From assembly GCA_016930635.1 (NCBI GenBank), contig JAFGGI010000012.1, forward strand, positions 9,998 through 73,997: a stretch of 64,000 nucleotides of DNA, in the 5' to 3' direction. Below, in pieces: positions 1-10,638 of this stretch (its first letter is position 1; each line of letters begins with the position of its first letter). The translations under genes and the position numbers were made by a program. Source of the DNA: Sedimentisphaerales bacterium (lineage in GTDB: Bacteria > Planctomycetota > Phycisphaerae > Sedimentisphaerales > UBA12454). Below the pieces are notes generated by a model. That model was given only the letters and a program-made list of their open reading frames with translations, was not told the DNA's origin and did not search any database.

Positions 1-510
1 CTGGTTTACACGGTGCCAGTGTGTGCCGTAAACGTCGAGACCTATTATAAGAACGTTATCATAACTGAAGGAATAGGTGATGTTTTTTTCATCTACAGGT
101 CCGTTATCAGGTGAAGCGTAACTGCCGGAGAAGACATTATCCCAGGCCTGCTTTGTCTCATTAATATCTAATACTCCTTCGACCTCATGATTTCCCCGGA
201 TAGGGTATACACCTATGCCGGCGTCGTAGAGAGGCTGGGCAATGCTGAGCCAGTCGGTTAGTTGTGCTTCGAATTCAGCCTGAGTCTCGCAGAAATCGTC
301 GACTATATCGCCGGCGACGATTACAAAATCTACATTATCTGCAATTATTGCTGGGATGTATTCCTGAAATTCAAGCAAGTGGTCGGGAAAAGGATAATGA
401 GTATCTGAAAATGCAGCGAAACGGACAGCTTTGCTCTCATAAGTGAACAAGCAAATTGAGATAAAAACGCAGATTATGGTTAACAATATTCTCTTCTTTA
501 GTTTTTGCAT
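1..510 (-). CDS. Secreted metallophosphoesterase (calcineurin-like); C-terminal part lies beyond the left window edge
   Basis: Reverse-strand reading from the ATG at 510. It is absent from the ORF track because it runs off the edge. Translation starts MQKLKKRILLTIICVFISICLF (signal-like). It then shows metallophosphatase motifs RFAAFSDTHY (DxH), FVIVAGDIVDD (GDxxD) and PIRGNHE (GNHE). Confidence 0.7.
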   Translation of the reverse strand, partial: MQKLKKRILLTIICVFISICLFTYESKAVRFAAFSDTHYPFPDHLLEFQEYIPAIIADNVDFVIVAGDIVDDFCETQAEFEAQLTDWLSIAQPLYDAGIGVYPIRGNHEVEGVLDINETKQAWDNVFSGSYASPDNGPVDEKNITYSFSYDNVLIIGLDVYGTHWHRVNQ

Positions 511-589
511 TTTGCTTCACCGGATATATGGGTATTATACCATATTTCCGGCGGCGATACAAGCCTGCAAAGCCTTTATTTGCAAATAT

Positions 590-2257
590 TTACCATTTTA
601 ATACTGCGCCGGTATCTGCGCTTTGCGCCATGGAGGCATATTTTGCAAGACAGCCTTTTGTTATCCTTGGTTCTGGCGGTACAAAGTCGAACTTTCTTTT
701 TTCCAGCTCGTCGGCTGAGAGTTTGACGGCGAGTTTTCTTGCGGGGATATCTATTTCGATGATATCGCCTTCTTTGAGCAGTCCTATCGGTCCTCCGACA
801 GCGGCTTCAGGACTTACGTGACCGATGCAGGCGCCGTGGGTTCCGCCGCTGAATCTGCCATCGGTAATAAGAGCGACGGATTCTCCCAGTCCTGCGCCCA
901 TAATGTATCCTGTGGGCATCAGCATTTCCTGCATACCTGGTCCGCCTTTTGGACCTTCGTTTCTGATAACGACGACGTCGCCGGCCTTTACTTTTCCGGC
1001 GAGGATGCCGTCGCAGGCATCTTCCTGGCTTTCGAAGATAACGGCAGGGCCGCTGTGTATCATCATTTTTTCTGCAACACCTGCGGTTTTTACTACACCG
1101 CCATTCGGTGCGAGGTTGCCTTTGAGGATCGACAGGCCTCCGGTTTTCGAATGAGCATTTTCGAGTGTGTGTATGCAGTCGGTATTTTTGATTTTTGCAT
1201 TGGCGATATTTTCGCCGAGGGTTTTTCCTGTTACGGTAAGGCAATCGAGTTTGAGCATATTTTTTACTTTGCTTATTTCCTTCAGGATAGCACTTACCCC
1301 GCCTGCTTCGTCGACGTCCTGAACGTGCCAGTGGCTTGATGGTGAGACTTTGCAGATATTGGGGCATTTTTCGCTTATACTGTTAATTCTTTCGAGGTCA
1401 TATTGTATTTGGGCTTCATAGGCCAGAGCGAGAGCGTGGAGGACGGTATTTGTCGAGCCTCCCATAGCCATATCGAGCATAAATGCATTGTCAATTGAAT
1501 CGACGGTTATGATATCACGGGGTTTTATGTCCTGTTCGATGAGTTTTATGATCTGTGCCCCGGCGGCGGCGTATAATTTGTCTCTTTCAGGATTGATAGC
1601 CAGGACAGTACCATTTCCCGGCAGAGCCATTCCGATTGCCTCGCACAGACAGTTCATACTGTTTGCGGTAAACATACCGGAGCAGCTTCCCTCGCCCGGA
1701 CATCCGCAGCATTCAAGCTCATAGAGTTTTTTTTCGTCGATTTTGTCGGCCTTGTATTCAGCGACACCTTCGAAGACCGAGATCAAATCGGCGGTATTAC
1801 CTTTTGAGTCTTTTCCTGCTGCCATTGGTCCGCCGGAGATGAAGATCGTTGGGATATTGACACGGACAGATGCCATCAGCATTCCGGGAATTATTTTGTC
1901 GCAATTTGGAATACAGACCAGGCCGTCAAAGCAATGGGCTCTTAGCATTGATTCGACTGAGTCGGCGATGATTTCTCTTGAAGAGAGGGAGTATTTCATT
2001 CCGGTATGTCCCATAGCGACGCCGTCGCAGATAGCGATAGTGTTGAACTCGAACGGTACGCCGCCGGCAGCTCGAACGGCCTGTTTGACCTTTTGAGCTA
2101 CCTTATCGAGGTGTACGTGGCCTGGTACTATCTGGCAGAAGCTGTTTGCGATACCTATAAACGGCTTTTTCATATCCTCATCTTTAAGGCCGCAGGCCCG
2201 CAGCAGGGATCTGTGCGGGGCTCTCTGGAACCCTTTTTTTATCATGTCGCTTCTCAT
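590..2257 (-). CDS. ilvD: Dihydroxy-acid dehydratase
   Basis: ORF 590..2353(-). IlvD/Edd blocks are present: [56 protein letters not shown] moved the start to the ATG at 2257 ([18 protein letters not shown]), the usual IlvD N-terminus. The 32 upstream codons look like AT-rich leader. Confidence 0.95.
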   Translation of the reverse strand: MRSDMIKKGFQRAPHRSLLRACGLKDEDMKKPFIGIANSFCQIVPGHVHLDKVAQKVKQAVRAAGGVPFEFNTIAICDGVAMGHTGMKYSLSSREIIADSVESMLRAHCFDGLVCIPNCDKIIPGMLMASVRVNIPTIFISGGPMAAGKDSKGNTADLISVFEGVAEYKADKIDEKKLYELECCGCPGEGSCSGMFTANSMNCLCEAIGMALPGNGTVLAINPERDKLYAAAGAQIIKLIEQDIKPRDIITVDSIDNAFMLDMAMGGSTNTVLHALALAYEAQIQYDLERINSISEKCPNICKVSPSSHWHVQDVDEAGGVSAILKEISKVKNMLKLDCLTVTGKTLGENIANAKIKNTDCIHTLENAHSKTGGLSILKGNLAPNGGVVKTAGVAEKMMIHSGPAVIFESQEDACDGILAGKVKAGDVVVIRNEGPKGGPGMQEMLMPTGYIMGAGLGESVALITDGRFSGGTHGACIGHVSPEAAVGGPIGLLKEGDIIEIDIPARKLAVKLSADELEKRKFDFVPPEPRITKGCLAKYASMAQSADTGAVLKW

Positions 2258-2365
2258 ATATTTGCTCCTAAATGGTTTTAAATTAAGGAATAGGGGATTA
2301 TACACGCAAAACTCTAATAAATAAATTCTAAAAGCATAAAAAGCGGTTATCAAGTATAAAAAAAA

Positions 2366-2394
2366 TTGCTCAATAAATGCTTAACTGGTATAAT
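2366..2394 (+). promoter_or_regulatory. Sigma-70-like promoter for the lipoprotein gene pair
   Basis: TTGCTC (2366-2371), a 17-nt spacer, then TATAAT (2389-2394), about 55 nt upstream of the ATG at 2451. Confidence 0.4.
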
Positions 2395-2450
2395 CACCGG
2401 CTATTCAGGACAGATTAAATATGGCAATTGAATGGTTTTAGGAGAAAATA

Positions 2451-3410
2451 ATGAGTGCTAAACAGGTGGTTGCGGTTGCGTTTTTATCGATTTTATTGTC
2501 TATTTCGGCCGGTTGCGGCCCGGCAGTAAAAATGGGGCTTAATCTGGCACCGCAGAGCGAAGCTACTTATAAAGTAATTACCAAATTCGGCAAGGATTAT
2601 TCATTTGTTCAACCTTCAATCAATAAAACCAAAGAGCGTCATACAGCCGTTGTGTTAGAAACAGTTTTTGTACAAAACGTCGAGAGTATTGACGCGGAAG
2701 GTAATATAACAGCGAAGATTACTATAAAAGATATTAAGTATTTCACGGAAGATGCCGACGGTCAGAAAGGCATGTTTGACAGTTATTCTGATGATCTGGA
2801 ATCTAATCCTGTATTTAAAATGCTGGGTAAGAGTTATGAAGTCAAATTAACACCTAACGGCCAGGTTATAGGAGTTGATGTTGCGGAAGCTAAGGAATCT
2901 GTAACAGGGGACGATTTTGCGAGGCGATTTTGTGATAAATTCCTAAGCGAAAAAGAAGTCAGGACGCGTCATCAGGTCCTTGCGTTGATGAATGCCGGCC
3001 AGAAGCTGTACAAGAAAGGTGATAAGTGGAGCGTAGTTGTTCCGGGTCCTGAAGGTATGCTTCGTCCCAAGTCATTTGAGAAAACTTATACCCTGACAGA
3101 TGTTAAGACGCAGGGTGAAGACGAGATAGCTGTTGTAGATATGGTTGCTGTTACCAGCTCAAAGCGTGCAGACGGGGTAGCCGAAGATGATGCAAAGATG
3201 AACTTTTTTTCAAAGATGTTCGATGAAACCGACCACTATACCGGCCAGATGAAGCTTAATTTAACTACTGGCCAAATAGACAGTTATCAGGAGTCACTGA
3301 AGGCGGAATGGGTTGCGATCGAACCGTCCTCAAAGCAGCCAAGTGACAAAGGTCCTGACCAGCTGACGATGAGTTTATGGCGTATGTATAGTATTGAGAA
3401 GGTAGAATAA
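2451..3410 (+). CDS. Lipoprotein of unknown function (paralog 1)
   Basis: Signal peptide plus lipobox (LLSISAGC). It shares blocks with the next ORF: GKSYEVKLTPNGQVIGVD vs GRSFTIKITPTGKIVDY, and KKGDKWS vs KKGHKWKS. Confidence 0.7.
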   Translation: MSAKQVVAVAFLSILLSISAGCGPAVKMGLNLAPQSEATYKVITKFGKDYSFVQPSINKTKERHTAVVLETVFVQNVESIDAEGNITAKITIKDIKYFTEDADGQKGMFDSYSDDLESNPVFKMLGKSYEVKLTPNGQVIGVDVAEAKESVTGDDFARRFCDKFLSEKEVRTRHQVLALMNAGQKLYKKGDKWSVVVPGPEGMLRPKSFEKTYTLTDVKTQGEDEIAVVDMVAVTSSKRADGVAEDDAKMNFFSKMFDETDHYTGQMKLNLTTGQIDSYQESLKAEWVAIEPSSKQPSDKGPDQLTMSLWRMYSIEKVE

Positions 3411-3530
3411 CTGCGGAACACAGAAACCATCTTTAATGTTTCGAGCAAGGCGAAAATGTTGTGTTCTAAAATTTGAATTATCTTTTTTTTAGTATGAATT
3501 AGCACACGGAATTATTCGCAGGTATCTATT

Positions 3531-4523
3531 ATGAGAAAATGGATTTTTGCGGGATTTTTTTTGGGGGTAAGTTTTTTTGTTTTAACAGGTTGTCAGGAGC
3601 AGCAGAGGTCGGCTGATTTTAAAGGTCCGCTGTTATTGAGTGTGGATTTTCAGTCTGGTGTTGCGCTGAGGTATAAGTTTGTCAGTGAAAGACAGATAGA
3701 GCTTGCGTTTGAATCGTCCGGTAAAGATGCCCGGAAAAGCGGTCGCAATCAGACATACAATGAAAAGCTTGAGATGGAGATTTCTTACAATCCGACAGAG
3801 ATAGACCCTTATGGTTATTCTGTGATAGAGGCGGTTTGTGATTCTGTTAAGGTTACCCGCAGTTCGCGAGATGGGCGTGGTCATAATAAGAGCGATGCGG
3901 TTGAATCTGCTGTTGGCAGGAGTTTTACAATTAAAATTACGCCGACCGGCAAGATAGTCGATTATACATCGCTTGAAAATTTGGTCAAAGAACTTGGCGG
4001 GAAGTCTTTTACTCAAACATCGAATTCCGGCAGGGTTAAAGATCCCGATATGATTATGGATTTTATTGCGACGCAGTGGCATTTATGGGATGCGGTATCG
4101 AGTGTAAAGAACCCGTTAAAGGGTCTTAAGAAGGGGCATAAGTGGAAATCTCAGATGTTGGCGCCGATGCCGTTTGTTTCTAAGAAGGGCAGAGACGTGG
4201 AGTATACCTTTGCGGGTACGGTTGATGTGAATGGTGTTTCGCTTGCTGAGATAACGAGCAGTTATACGTTGAGTGGATTGTCGCCGGAAGGGATACCCAT
4301 GCCTTATACGGGTTCGTTTCAGATGCGTGGTACTTTTGGTTTTTTAAGGGGTTATCAGGTTAATAGTCTTACCGGCAGGGGCAGACTTTTCTATGATATA
4401 GAAAGGGGTCTTATTCAGAGCGATGTCCAGCAGTATCATACTGAGGCGGCCGCTTCTGTTTTTGGTCTGGCTACAGCGAATTTGTCGATAGATCAGACTA
4501 TAACGATGACGTTGATGGAATGA
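3531..4523 (+). CDS. Lipoprotein of unknown function (paralog 2)
   Basis: Signal peptide plus lipobox (FVLTGC). Collinear with ORF 2451..3410. Confidence 0.7.
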   Translation: MRKWIFAGFFLGVSFFVLTGCQEQQRSADFKGPLLLSVDFQSGVALRYKFVSERQIELAFESSGKDARKSGRNQTYNEKLEMEISYNPTEIDPYGYSVIEAVCDSVKVTRSSRDGRGHNKSDAVESAVGRSFTIKITPTGKIVDYTSLENLVKELGGKSFTQTSNSGRVKDPDMIMDFIATQWHLWDAVSSVKNPLKGLKKGHKWKSQMLAPMPFVSKKGRDVEYTFAGTVDVNGVSLAEITSSYTLSGLSPEGIPMPYTGSFQMRGTFGFLRGYQVNSLTGRGRLFYDIERGLIQSDVQQYHTEAAASVFGLATANLSIDQTITMTLME

Positions 4524-4545
4524 AATATGGTATCAGGAGACTGAG

Positions 4546-5055
4546 TTGAACAGGAACAACCTTTGGGCGCCGTGGAGGATCGGATATATTCAGGGTTTGA
4601 GTGAAAAACAAGATTGTTTTATCTGTCATGACGTAAAACATCCGGCACAGGACGAGGATAATTTTGTGTTATGGCGTACTGAGAGGTCTCTTGTTGTTCT
4701 CAATAGATTTCCCTACAACAATGGTCATTTACTTTTGGCTCCTGTAAGGCATATTGCCGGGCTTGATGAACTGGATGATAAAGAGATGATCGAACTTACA
4801 AAACTTATAGTAGCCTCCCAAAAAGTATTGATGCTTGCGATAAAGCCTGGCGGTTTTAATGTTGGTATGAATTTTGGCAGGTGCGCGGGTGCTGGTTTGC
4901 CGGGGCACATGCATATTCATATAGTGCCGCGGTGGGACGGCGATACGAATTTTATGGCTATTTGCGGTAATACTGATGTTATAAGCCAGTCAATGAAGGA
5001 TTTATACCGGCAGCTGAAAACCATAAGCGCGGAAAACAATCTGCCGGAAATTTAA
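4546..5055 (+). CDS. HIT-family nucleotide hydrolase/transferase (Ap4A phosphorylase-like)
   Basis: Histidine triad GHMHIHIVPRW. The N-terminal LWAPWR block is typical of the GalT-like HIT branch. Uses a TTG start. Confidence 0.85.
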   Translation: MNRNNLWAPWRIGYIQGLSEKQDCFICHDVKHPAQDEDNFVLWRTERSLVVLNRFPYNNGHLLLAPVRHIAGLDELDDKEMIELTKLIVASQKVLMLAIKPGGFNVGMNFGRCAGAGLPGHMHIHIVPRWDGDTNFMAICGNTDVISQSMKDLYRQLKTISAENNLPEI

Positions 5056-5057
5056 TT

Positions 5058-6149
5058 ATGACGGAAAGAGTGAGTTTTTTTGCTGTAACAGAGGCATCCA
5101 GTAAAGGGAGGAGATTTAATGAGCCGGAACACGCCTACCGTTCTGCATTTGAGCGGGACAGGGACAGAATAATCCATACATCTGCGTTTAGGAGGCTTGA
5201 GGGCAAAACTCAGGTTTTCATGCCTCAGACAAATGACCATTATCGGACAAGACTTACCCATAGTATTGAAGTGGCCCAGATAGGCAGAACGATTGCGAAG
5301 TCGTTCGATTTAAATGAGGCTCTGACTGAGGCGGTTTGTCTTGGGCACGATTTGGGGCACAGTCCTTTCGGTCATAGCGGCGAGGCGGCACTTGACAAAC
5401 TGATGAAAGATTATGGCGGGTTCGAGCACAACGCTCAGACGCTGCGAATTGTTGATGTGCTTGAAAAGCCTTATCCTGATTTTGCCGGTCTGAATCTGAT
5501 GTATGAGACGAGACTTGCTCTGGCAAAACACAGAACTGTTTACGATACGCCGAAGTCAGATACTTTTACGGAGAAGAACTGTTCGCTGGAAGGGCAGATC
5601 GCTGATCTTGCCGACAGGATAGCGTATAACTGTCATGACCTTGAAGACGGCCTGCGGGCAAATCTGCTTGATTATGAAAAGGTTGTAACAGTTGGGCTGT
5701 GCAGCGGGGCTGCGAAGCGTTGTCAGGCGGAGAAGATCAGCAATAGTCTTATCAGAAATACACGGATTGCGAAAACGATAATAGATATGCTTGTCGGAGA
5801 TTGTATCGAAGCGAGCAGAGCAGCGATTGATTCAGCGGATATTAATGATTTAAAGCAGGTATTAAATAGTGATAAGAATTTTATAGTATTAAGTTCTGCT
5901 GCTGATGGTGCACTGGGTGAGCTTGAGGAGTTTTTGCATCAGAGTATGTATGAACATGAAGCGGTAAAAGCAGGTTCAGCTCAGTCGGCAGGCTGGCTGG
6001 GAAAAATCTTTAAAAAGTTCTGCAAGAAACCTGAACTGATGCCGGACTATTATCAGAACCTGGTTAGCGAATTTGGTCTGGAAAGAACGGTCTGTGATTA
6101 TATCGCGGGTATGACGGACTGGTATTGTCTGGAGATGCTGAATACTTAA
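5058..6149 (+). CDS. dGTP triphosphohydrolase-like HD-domain protein
   Basis: RTRLTHSIEVAQIGR and GHDLGHSPFGHSGE (HD motif), plus the C-terminal DYIAGMTD block of the dGTPase family. Confidence 0.85.
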   Translation: MTERVSFFAVTEASSKGRRFNEPEHAYRSAFERDRDRIIHTSAFRRLEGKTQVFMPQTNDHYRTRLTHSIEVAQIGRTIAKSFDLNEALTEAVCLGHDLGHSPFGHSGEAALDKLMKDYGGFEHNAQTLRIVDVLEKPYPDFAGLNLMYETRLALAKHRTVYDTPKSDTFTEKNCSLEGQIADLADRIAYNCHDLEDGLRANLLDYEKVVTVGLCSGAAKRCQAEKISNSLIRNTRIAKTIIDMLVGDCIEASRAAIDSADINDLKQVLNSDKNFIVLSSAADGALGELEEFLHQSMYEHEAVKAGSAQSAGWLGKIFKKFCKKPELMPDYYQNLVSEFGLERTVCDYIAGMTDWYCLEMLNT

Positions 6150-6324
6150 GGATACCTCTAAAAATTTGTTCGGGCGGCAGAGCGAATCTTTTTGTCGCCG
6201 GTCTGCGTTAGACAAAAGCCACTTTATCTATTGGATAAAGCTGATTTGTCTTCCTTGCCGGCGAGCAAAAATCTTCTACTTGCCGCTCAAAAGCAATTAT
6301 TAGAGCTACCCTATAATCTTTATT

Positions 6325-6801
6325 GTGAAAATGAAGAAGCTAATTTTATCCTGTTTTGGTCTTGGTTTTCTGCCGGGGGCGCCGGGAACGTGGGGAAGTA
6401 TCCCGCCTTTGGTGATTTTTCTTGTCTTTCATTATTTTTATCCGACGGCAGTTGCTTTGAGCATCCTGCTTGTCATTATGTTAATAGTGTCATCAATATT
6501 ATGTCTGCTGTTTGCAGGTGAAGCTGAGGAGCTGGCGGCCAAAAAGGATCCGAGCTGGATAGTTATAGATGAATTTGCAGGGCAGTCGGCGGCGTTGATA
6601 GCTGCTGCTTTTACGGGTGGTAAGGTTTTGCTTATGGCGGCGGGGGCGTTTTTACTTTTCAGGATTTTCGATATTGTAAAACCCTGGCCTGTATGCAGGG
6701 CTGAAAAGTTGCCGGGGGGGTTGGGGATACTGGCTGATGATATAGCAGCAGGAGTTCTGGCGGCGATTGTGCTGGGGATTATTGAGATTTTCATCATTTA
6801 A
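6325..6801 (+). CDS. pgpA: Phosphatidylglycerophosphatase A
   Basis: GLGFLPGAPGTWGS, VIDEFAGQ and FRIFDIVKPWP blocks. GTG at 6325, with an alternative ATG at 6331. Confidence 0.85.
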   Translation: MKMKKLILSCFGLGFLPGAPGTWGSIPPLVIFLVFHYFYPTAVALSILLVIMLIVSSILCLLFAGEAEELAAKKDPSWIVIDEFAGQSAALIAAAFTGGKVLLMAAGAFLLFRIFDIVKPWPVCRAEKLPGGLGILADDIAAGVLAAIVLGIIEIFII

Positions 6802-6875
6802 TACAAATTCTTGCATAGTCTCGTGTTATGGTATATCATTTCGGCGTTATTTTATTGTCCCTTTGAGATCGCTTT

Positions 6876-9308
6876 ATGACAGTTGAATATTCGGCTCAAT
6901 TTTGCAGAGATTTAGAGTCCCGGCTCGAACAGTTATCGCTGCTTCGGCCGATGAGGCGCCAAAGATATGAGAGCGGCACAGAGCTTGACTATGATCTTGA
7001 GCCGATAGGCAGCAGCGAGAAGGTCAGGGTAAAGCTGCAGGTCGAAAAATTTGTCGGCGGGGGGTTTGCAGGGCAGGTCTATAAGGTAAAAATACTCGAA
7101 ATTAGTAATCCGGATTTGTGTCCGGATTTAGAAGTTGGGCAAATCTGTGCGATAAAGATCCTCATACCGCCTTCGGGCTTTAGCAAACTGTTTCGAAATG
7201 CACTTTACTGGGTTGGCTTCAGCGGGCCTTTTCAGCTTCAGGTAAATCCTGCAGCGGCAAAGGCAGGGGCGTTATGGCAGAAATTTATCCGCAGGGCGGC
7301 AGGGATAAAGTTCGGCGATGAAAATTGTGTCGTTAATATCTTCGGTACATTTGTTGATGAGAATATGGGCAGCTGCGGCGAGATAAGCGAATGGATCGAA
7401 GGGCGGACCTGGCAGCTTGAAGTGGATGACCATGTTGACCTGCTGAAGAAATGGCGAAAGGCTCATATTCTTGATAATCCTAAGATCGGTTCGCCTGAGT
7501 ATCGGGCGAAATATACCTTTATGCATGAATTTGTAAAGCTTTTGCATGAAGTCGGGGCGCATGAGTTCGCAAGGCAATATGAATGGACGACACTCAAGAG
7601 TCAGCCTAACTGTCTCAAGCGTCTTGATGGTCAATCCGAGCCTGGTAATGGTCTTGTTGCGGTAGATTTTCGGGCGGGGCTTGCGCTGTTACCTTTTTTG
7701 CCGATGAGTCCTGGAGATTTTAAATTAATCTTTCAGGGTCTGAATCGCGGCTCATTGGTGCAGTTCGACAGGGGTGATTTGGATAAGTTAGGAGGGTTTA
7801 TCGGAATTCACCGGGAAAAATTCGGTGATATGCTGGGGCTGTTCGATAGGCTTGCTGAAGCTGAAGATATTTACAGAAATTCTATACCTGACATAACACA
7901 TAATCATATAAGGTTGTTTACCAGCGGCAAATTGTGGTCGACTATTTTTGACAGTGCCGTTGTCGGGTGGAAAGTAAAGGGAGTTGTTGATGAAAAGGCT
8001 TTTGACAAACTTCGCAAAAGCAGGGTTGGGACTTTTCTTTTCTTTTTAATCGGTTTGCTGCCGATATTAGGCAATTGTATTCGAAAGTTTTTCTGTCATA
8101 GTGATTGGCACAGGCATTATGTCAGTATTTTGACGAGCGCAGGGTATTTCAAAAAGGCTCTGGATGGTAAAATTATCGAAATGGTTACAGCCTGGCACAG
8201 AGGCGGGAGAGTTTCGCAGGCGAAGGCTGAGAACCTTTTGATCCAAAATTGGCGGATACTTTATCATCTGCCCTGTTTGATCCTGATATTTCCATCTTTG
8301 CACAGGATTTTGACGGATTGGCAATTTGCGAAGGAAAAGCTTTACTTTTTTACTGTCAGGCCGGTGAAGTTGTATTTCAATGCATCGCTTCGCAGGGAAT
8401 GGCTTGAGGATATGATAAAACAGGGACAGAAAAAACACATTCTTACTGATGAAGATGCGAAGACAATCCTTTCTCATATTGATGAGCCTTTCATACAGAA
8501 GTATCTTCAAAGTCTTGCGGTACATATATGTACACTTCCAGTGACGCAGATCGTTTCTGTTACGATAGCGTTTATTTACTGGATGACTCACAGGTATCAG
8601 GACAATGCCTGGGCGGTAGGTCTCGGGATAATTGCAGTTTTTCAGGTGATCCCTATTTCGCCGGGCTCGCTGACTCGCGGGATGTATGTAGTTTATATGG
8701 TTATAAAGGATAAAAGTTTTAAGGATTATAATATCGCGGTATTTTTGGGATTTTTTAAATATGTAGGCTATCTTGCCTTTCCGATACAGATGACTTACCG
8801 CTATCCTGCGCTGGCAAGGTTCATGGCTGCTCACTGGGCAACTGATGCGGTGCATATTGTTCCGGTATTCGGCGAAAGGGGCGCGCTGTTTGAACATGCG
8901 ATTTTCTGCATTTTTTATAACTGGCCATTGACGATTCGCAGACGGATGCGGGTAAGGGCCCAGGTACGTGAAAAAATGGCGGAACAGTATTGGCACATAC
9001 TTCCGATAGCTCTGGTGGCCGCATTGATACTGAGATTTATCGTACAATGGCATTTTAATATAGCTGTTGTTTTGCTTTGTCTTATCAGCGGGGCACTTAC
9101 GACAATATACTGCGGAAGGGCGGGTTTGTTGAAGAGATTTTCGGCGGCGGCGCTGGCCGGCCTTTTGGCATCTGTTTTATATACGATATTCAGTGCTTCC
9201 AATATGGGCATTTCAATATTGTACTTGTATTTCAGTTTCGCGATTATAGCGGTAATTGGGGCGATTTTGACGGAATTGTCTCTGCCTGATGTCGAAAATC
9301 ATCTTTAA
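6876..9308 (+). CDS. Fusion protein: N-terminal atypical kinase-like domain plus C-terminal polytopic membrane domain (function unknown)
   Basis: 810 aa. The N-terminal part has a Gly-rich loop (FVGGGFAGQVYKV), a beta3-type Lys (ICAIKIL), a hinge-like SEWIEG and a DFG-like VAVDFRAG. The C-terminal ~430 aa has many hydrophobic helices. It carries an IPISPGSLTRG loop reminiscent of the PGGLG loop of UPF0104/LPG-synthase-TM proteins. Confidence 0.6.
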   Translation: MTVEYSAQFCRDLESRLEQLSLLRPMRRQRYESGTELDYDLEPIGSSEKVRVKLQVEKFVGGGFAGQVYKVKILEISNPDLCPDLEVGQICAIKILIPPSGFSKLFRNALYWVGFSGPFQLQVNPAAAKAGALWQKFIRRAAGIKFGDENCVVNIFGTFVDENMGSCGEISEWIEGRTWQLEVDDHVDLLKKWRKAHILDNPKIGSPEYRAKYTFMHEFVKLLHEVGAHEFARQYEWTTLKSQPNCLKRLDGQSEPGNGLVAVDFRAGLALLPFLPMSPGDFKLIFQGLNRGSLVQFDRGDLDKLGGFIGIHREKFGDMLGLFDRLAEAEDIYRNSIPDITHNHIRLFTSGKLWSTIFDSAVVGWKVKGVVDEKAFDKLRKSRVGTFLFFLIGLLPILGNCIRKFFCHSDWHRHYVSILTSAGYFKKALDGKIIEMVTAWHRGGRVSQAKAENLLIQNWRILYHLPCLILIFPSLHRILTDWQFAKEKLYFFTVRPVKLYFNASLRREWLEDMIKQGQKKHILTDEDAKTILSHIDEPFIQKYLQSLAVHICTLPVTQIVSVTIAFIYWMTHRYQDNAWAVGLGIIAVFQVIPISPGSLTRGMYVVYMVIKDKSFKDYNIAVFLGFFKYVGYLAFPIQMTYRYPALARFMAAHWATDAVHIVPVFGERGALFEHAIFCIFYNWPLTIRRRMRVRAQVREKMAEQYWHILPIALVAALILRFIVQWHFNIAVVLLCLISGALTTIYCGRAGLLKRFSAAALAGLLASVLYTIFSASNMGISILYLYFSFAIIAVIGAILTELSLPDVENHL

Positions 9309-9388
9309 AACAAGGCAGATTTTATTACTTGTCCTCAGCGGTATTTTATGAGAGAATAGGGCTGAATTGGTTTTATGGAGTAGGATTT

Positions 9389-10138
9389 ATGTCGATTAGT
9401 TATAGTTCTTTATGCGACGATTTTTTCGTTGATATGTATATAAACACCCGTTTTGACCTGCCGAACGAGAGGGATATTCTGCTGACGTTTTTTGAGAGGA
9501 TTTCCAGGCAGTTTCCTTTGATGCAGTCGCTTATACGTGACGGCGGCAGCAGTTACAGCCTTGAAGAAGACCCAAATTCAGGGCAAAACCGCTGGGTAAG
9601 TATAGACAGCGACCGTCTCGGTGCAGGTTTCGTCAATCCCGACAGTTTCGCCCAGGCCTTCGAGCTGCCCAGGCTTGTAATCGACCTTATTCCATATATG
9701 CTGTCGGTGCGAAGCCTGGATATTGACAGTCTTGACCTGACGTTCGGGATGGATTTTGACTGTTCCGGGAATCATAACGAAATAATAGCTGAGGCGTTGT
9801 TTGGCGGCTCGGCTTTTGCGAAGATTTTTGACGGCAGTCCCGGACCGCTTAATCTTTCACCTTCGGTAGTTGTAGCGACTGATGATGACTGTACTACTCG
9901 TATGAAACTGACGGTAGATTCCAAAACGGATGAGTCTGAAATCCGCAGAAAGAAATTCGATAAGGATAAACCCATAAGTCTGTATCTGACAGCAAGACAG
10001 TATCCTGCAGTGGGAAAGGATTTTAATCCGAAAGAAGTTTTTGAAAGGCTTAGCCGGGCAGCAGTTGAATTTATGGATGAAAAAGTTGTGCCGAATTTTG
10101 TGATGCCGCTGACTAATGCTATAGCGCACAGGAGATAG
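9389..10138 (+). CDS. Hypothetical cytoplasmic protein
   Basis: ORF-track entry 9329..10138. I prefer the ATG at 9389, which has GGAG 9 nt upstream (MSISYSSLCDDFF). No motif I can name. Confidence 0.55.
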   Translation: MSISYSSLCDDFFVDMYINTRFDLPNERDILLTFFERISRQFPLMQSLIRDGGSSYSLEEDPNSGQNRWVSIDSDRLGAGFVNPDSFAQAFELPRLVIDLIPYMLSVRSLDIDSLDLTFGMDFDCSGNHNEIIAEALFGGSAFAKIFDGSPGPLNLSPSVVVATDDDCTTRMKLTVDSKTDESEIRRKKFDKDKPISLYLTARQYPAVGKDFNPKEVFERLSRAAVEFMDEKVVPNFVMPLTNAIAHRR

Positions 10139-10170
10139 AAAGTACAGAGAAGAATTTATGGAGATGAGAA

Positions 10171-10632
10171 ATGGCAGTTGTAGCGCCGCTGGCAAAATTT
10201 AAAAAAACAAATTTTAAAATATATATTGCTGCTTTGCTGATCGGGGCAGCCTATTTTGCTTATGACGGTTTTTTTAATAAAAAGTTTATAGAGAAGCATA
10301 CCGTCGATGACAAGCCCGACTCTACGCTTGTTTTTAATCAGAAAGCACCGCCTTTTCTTTTGGCCGGTGCCGTGGTTATGGCAGTCTGGTTCGTGATGGT
10401 GAAGGATAAAAAGCTGATTGCTGAAGATACTGAGCTTGTTTTCAGCGATAAAGATAAGATTCCTTATAATTCGATAGAGAGTATAAACAAGACAAATTTT
10501 GAATCGAAGGGTTTTTTCTTTATAGAATATAAAACCAGTGACGGTAAAATTTCACAGCGTAAAGTAAGTGACCGGACTTATGATAATCTCGGCGCAGTTC
10601 TTGAAGTAGTTGTGTCAAAAATCACAGGCTGA
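10171..10632 (+). CDS. Small membrane protein: two TM helices plus a bacterial PH-like C-terminal domain (tentative)
   Basis: 153 aa. Two hydrophobic helices (IYIAALLIGAAYFAY, PFLLAGAVVMAVWFVMV) are followed by a ~75-aa beta-rich segment. The fold assignment is by eye only. Confidence 0.55.
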   Translation: MAVVAPLAKFKKTNFKIYIAALLIGAAYFAYDGFFNKKFIEKHTVDDKPDSTLVFNQKAPPFLLAGAVVMAVWFVMVKDKKLIAEDTELVFSDKDKIPYNSIESINKTNFESKGFFFIEYKTSDGKISQRKVSDRTYDNLGAVLEVVVSKITG

Positions 10633-10638
10633 AACTAA

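Noticed and set aside
264-821. Plus-strand ORFs 264..446, 505..726 and 528..821.
   Set aside because: They are antisense to the metallophosphoesterase and ilvD genes or lie in the spacer. No motifs support them.
2258-2353. N-terminal extensions in the ORF track for ilvD (to 2353), glgP (to 57886), queA (to 62222), ybeY (from 16112) and the 9329 ORF.
   Set aside because: The extensions are hydrophobic or AT-rich read-through of leaders or of the upstream gene. The internal ATGs reproduce the canonical family N-termini, and some have a visible GGAG upstream.
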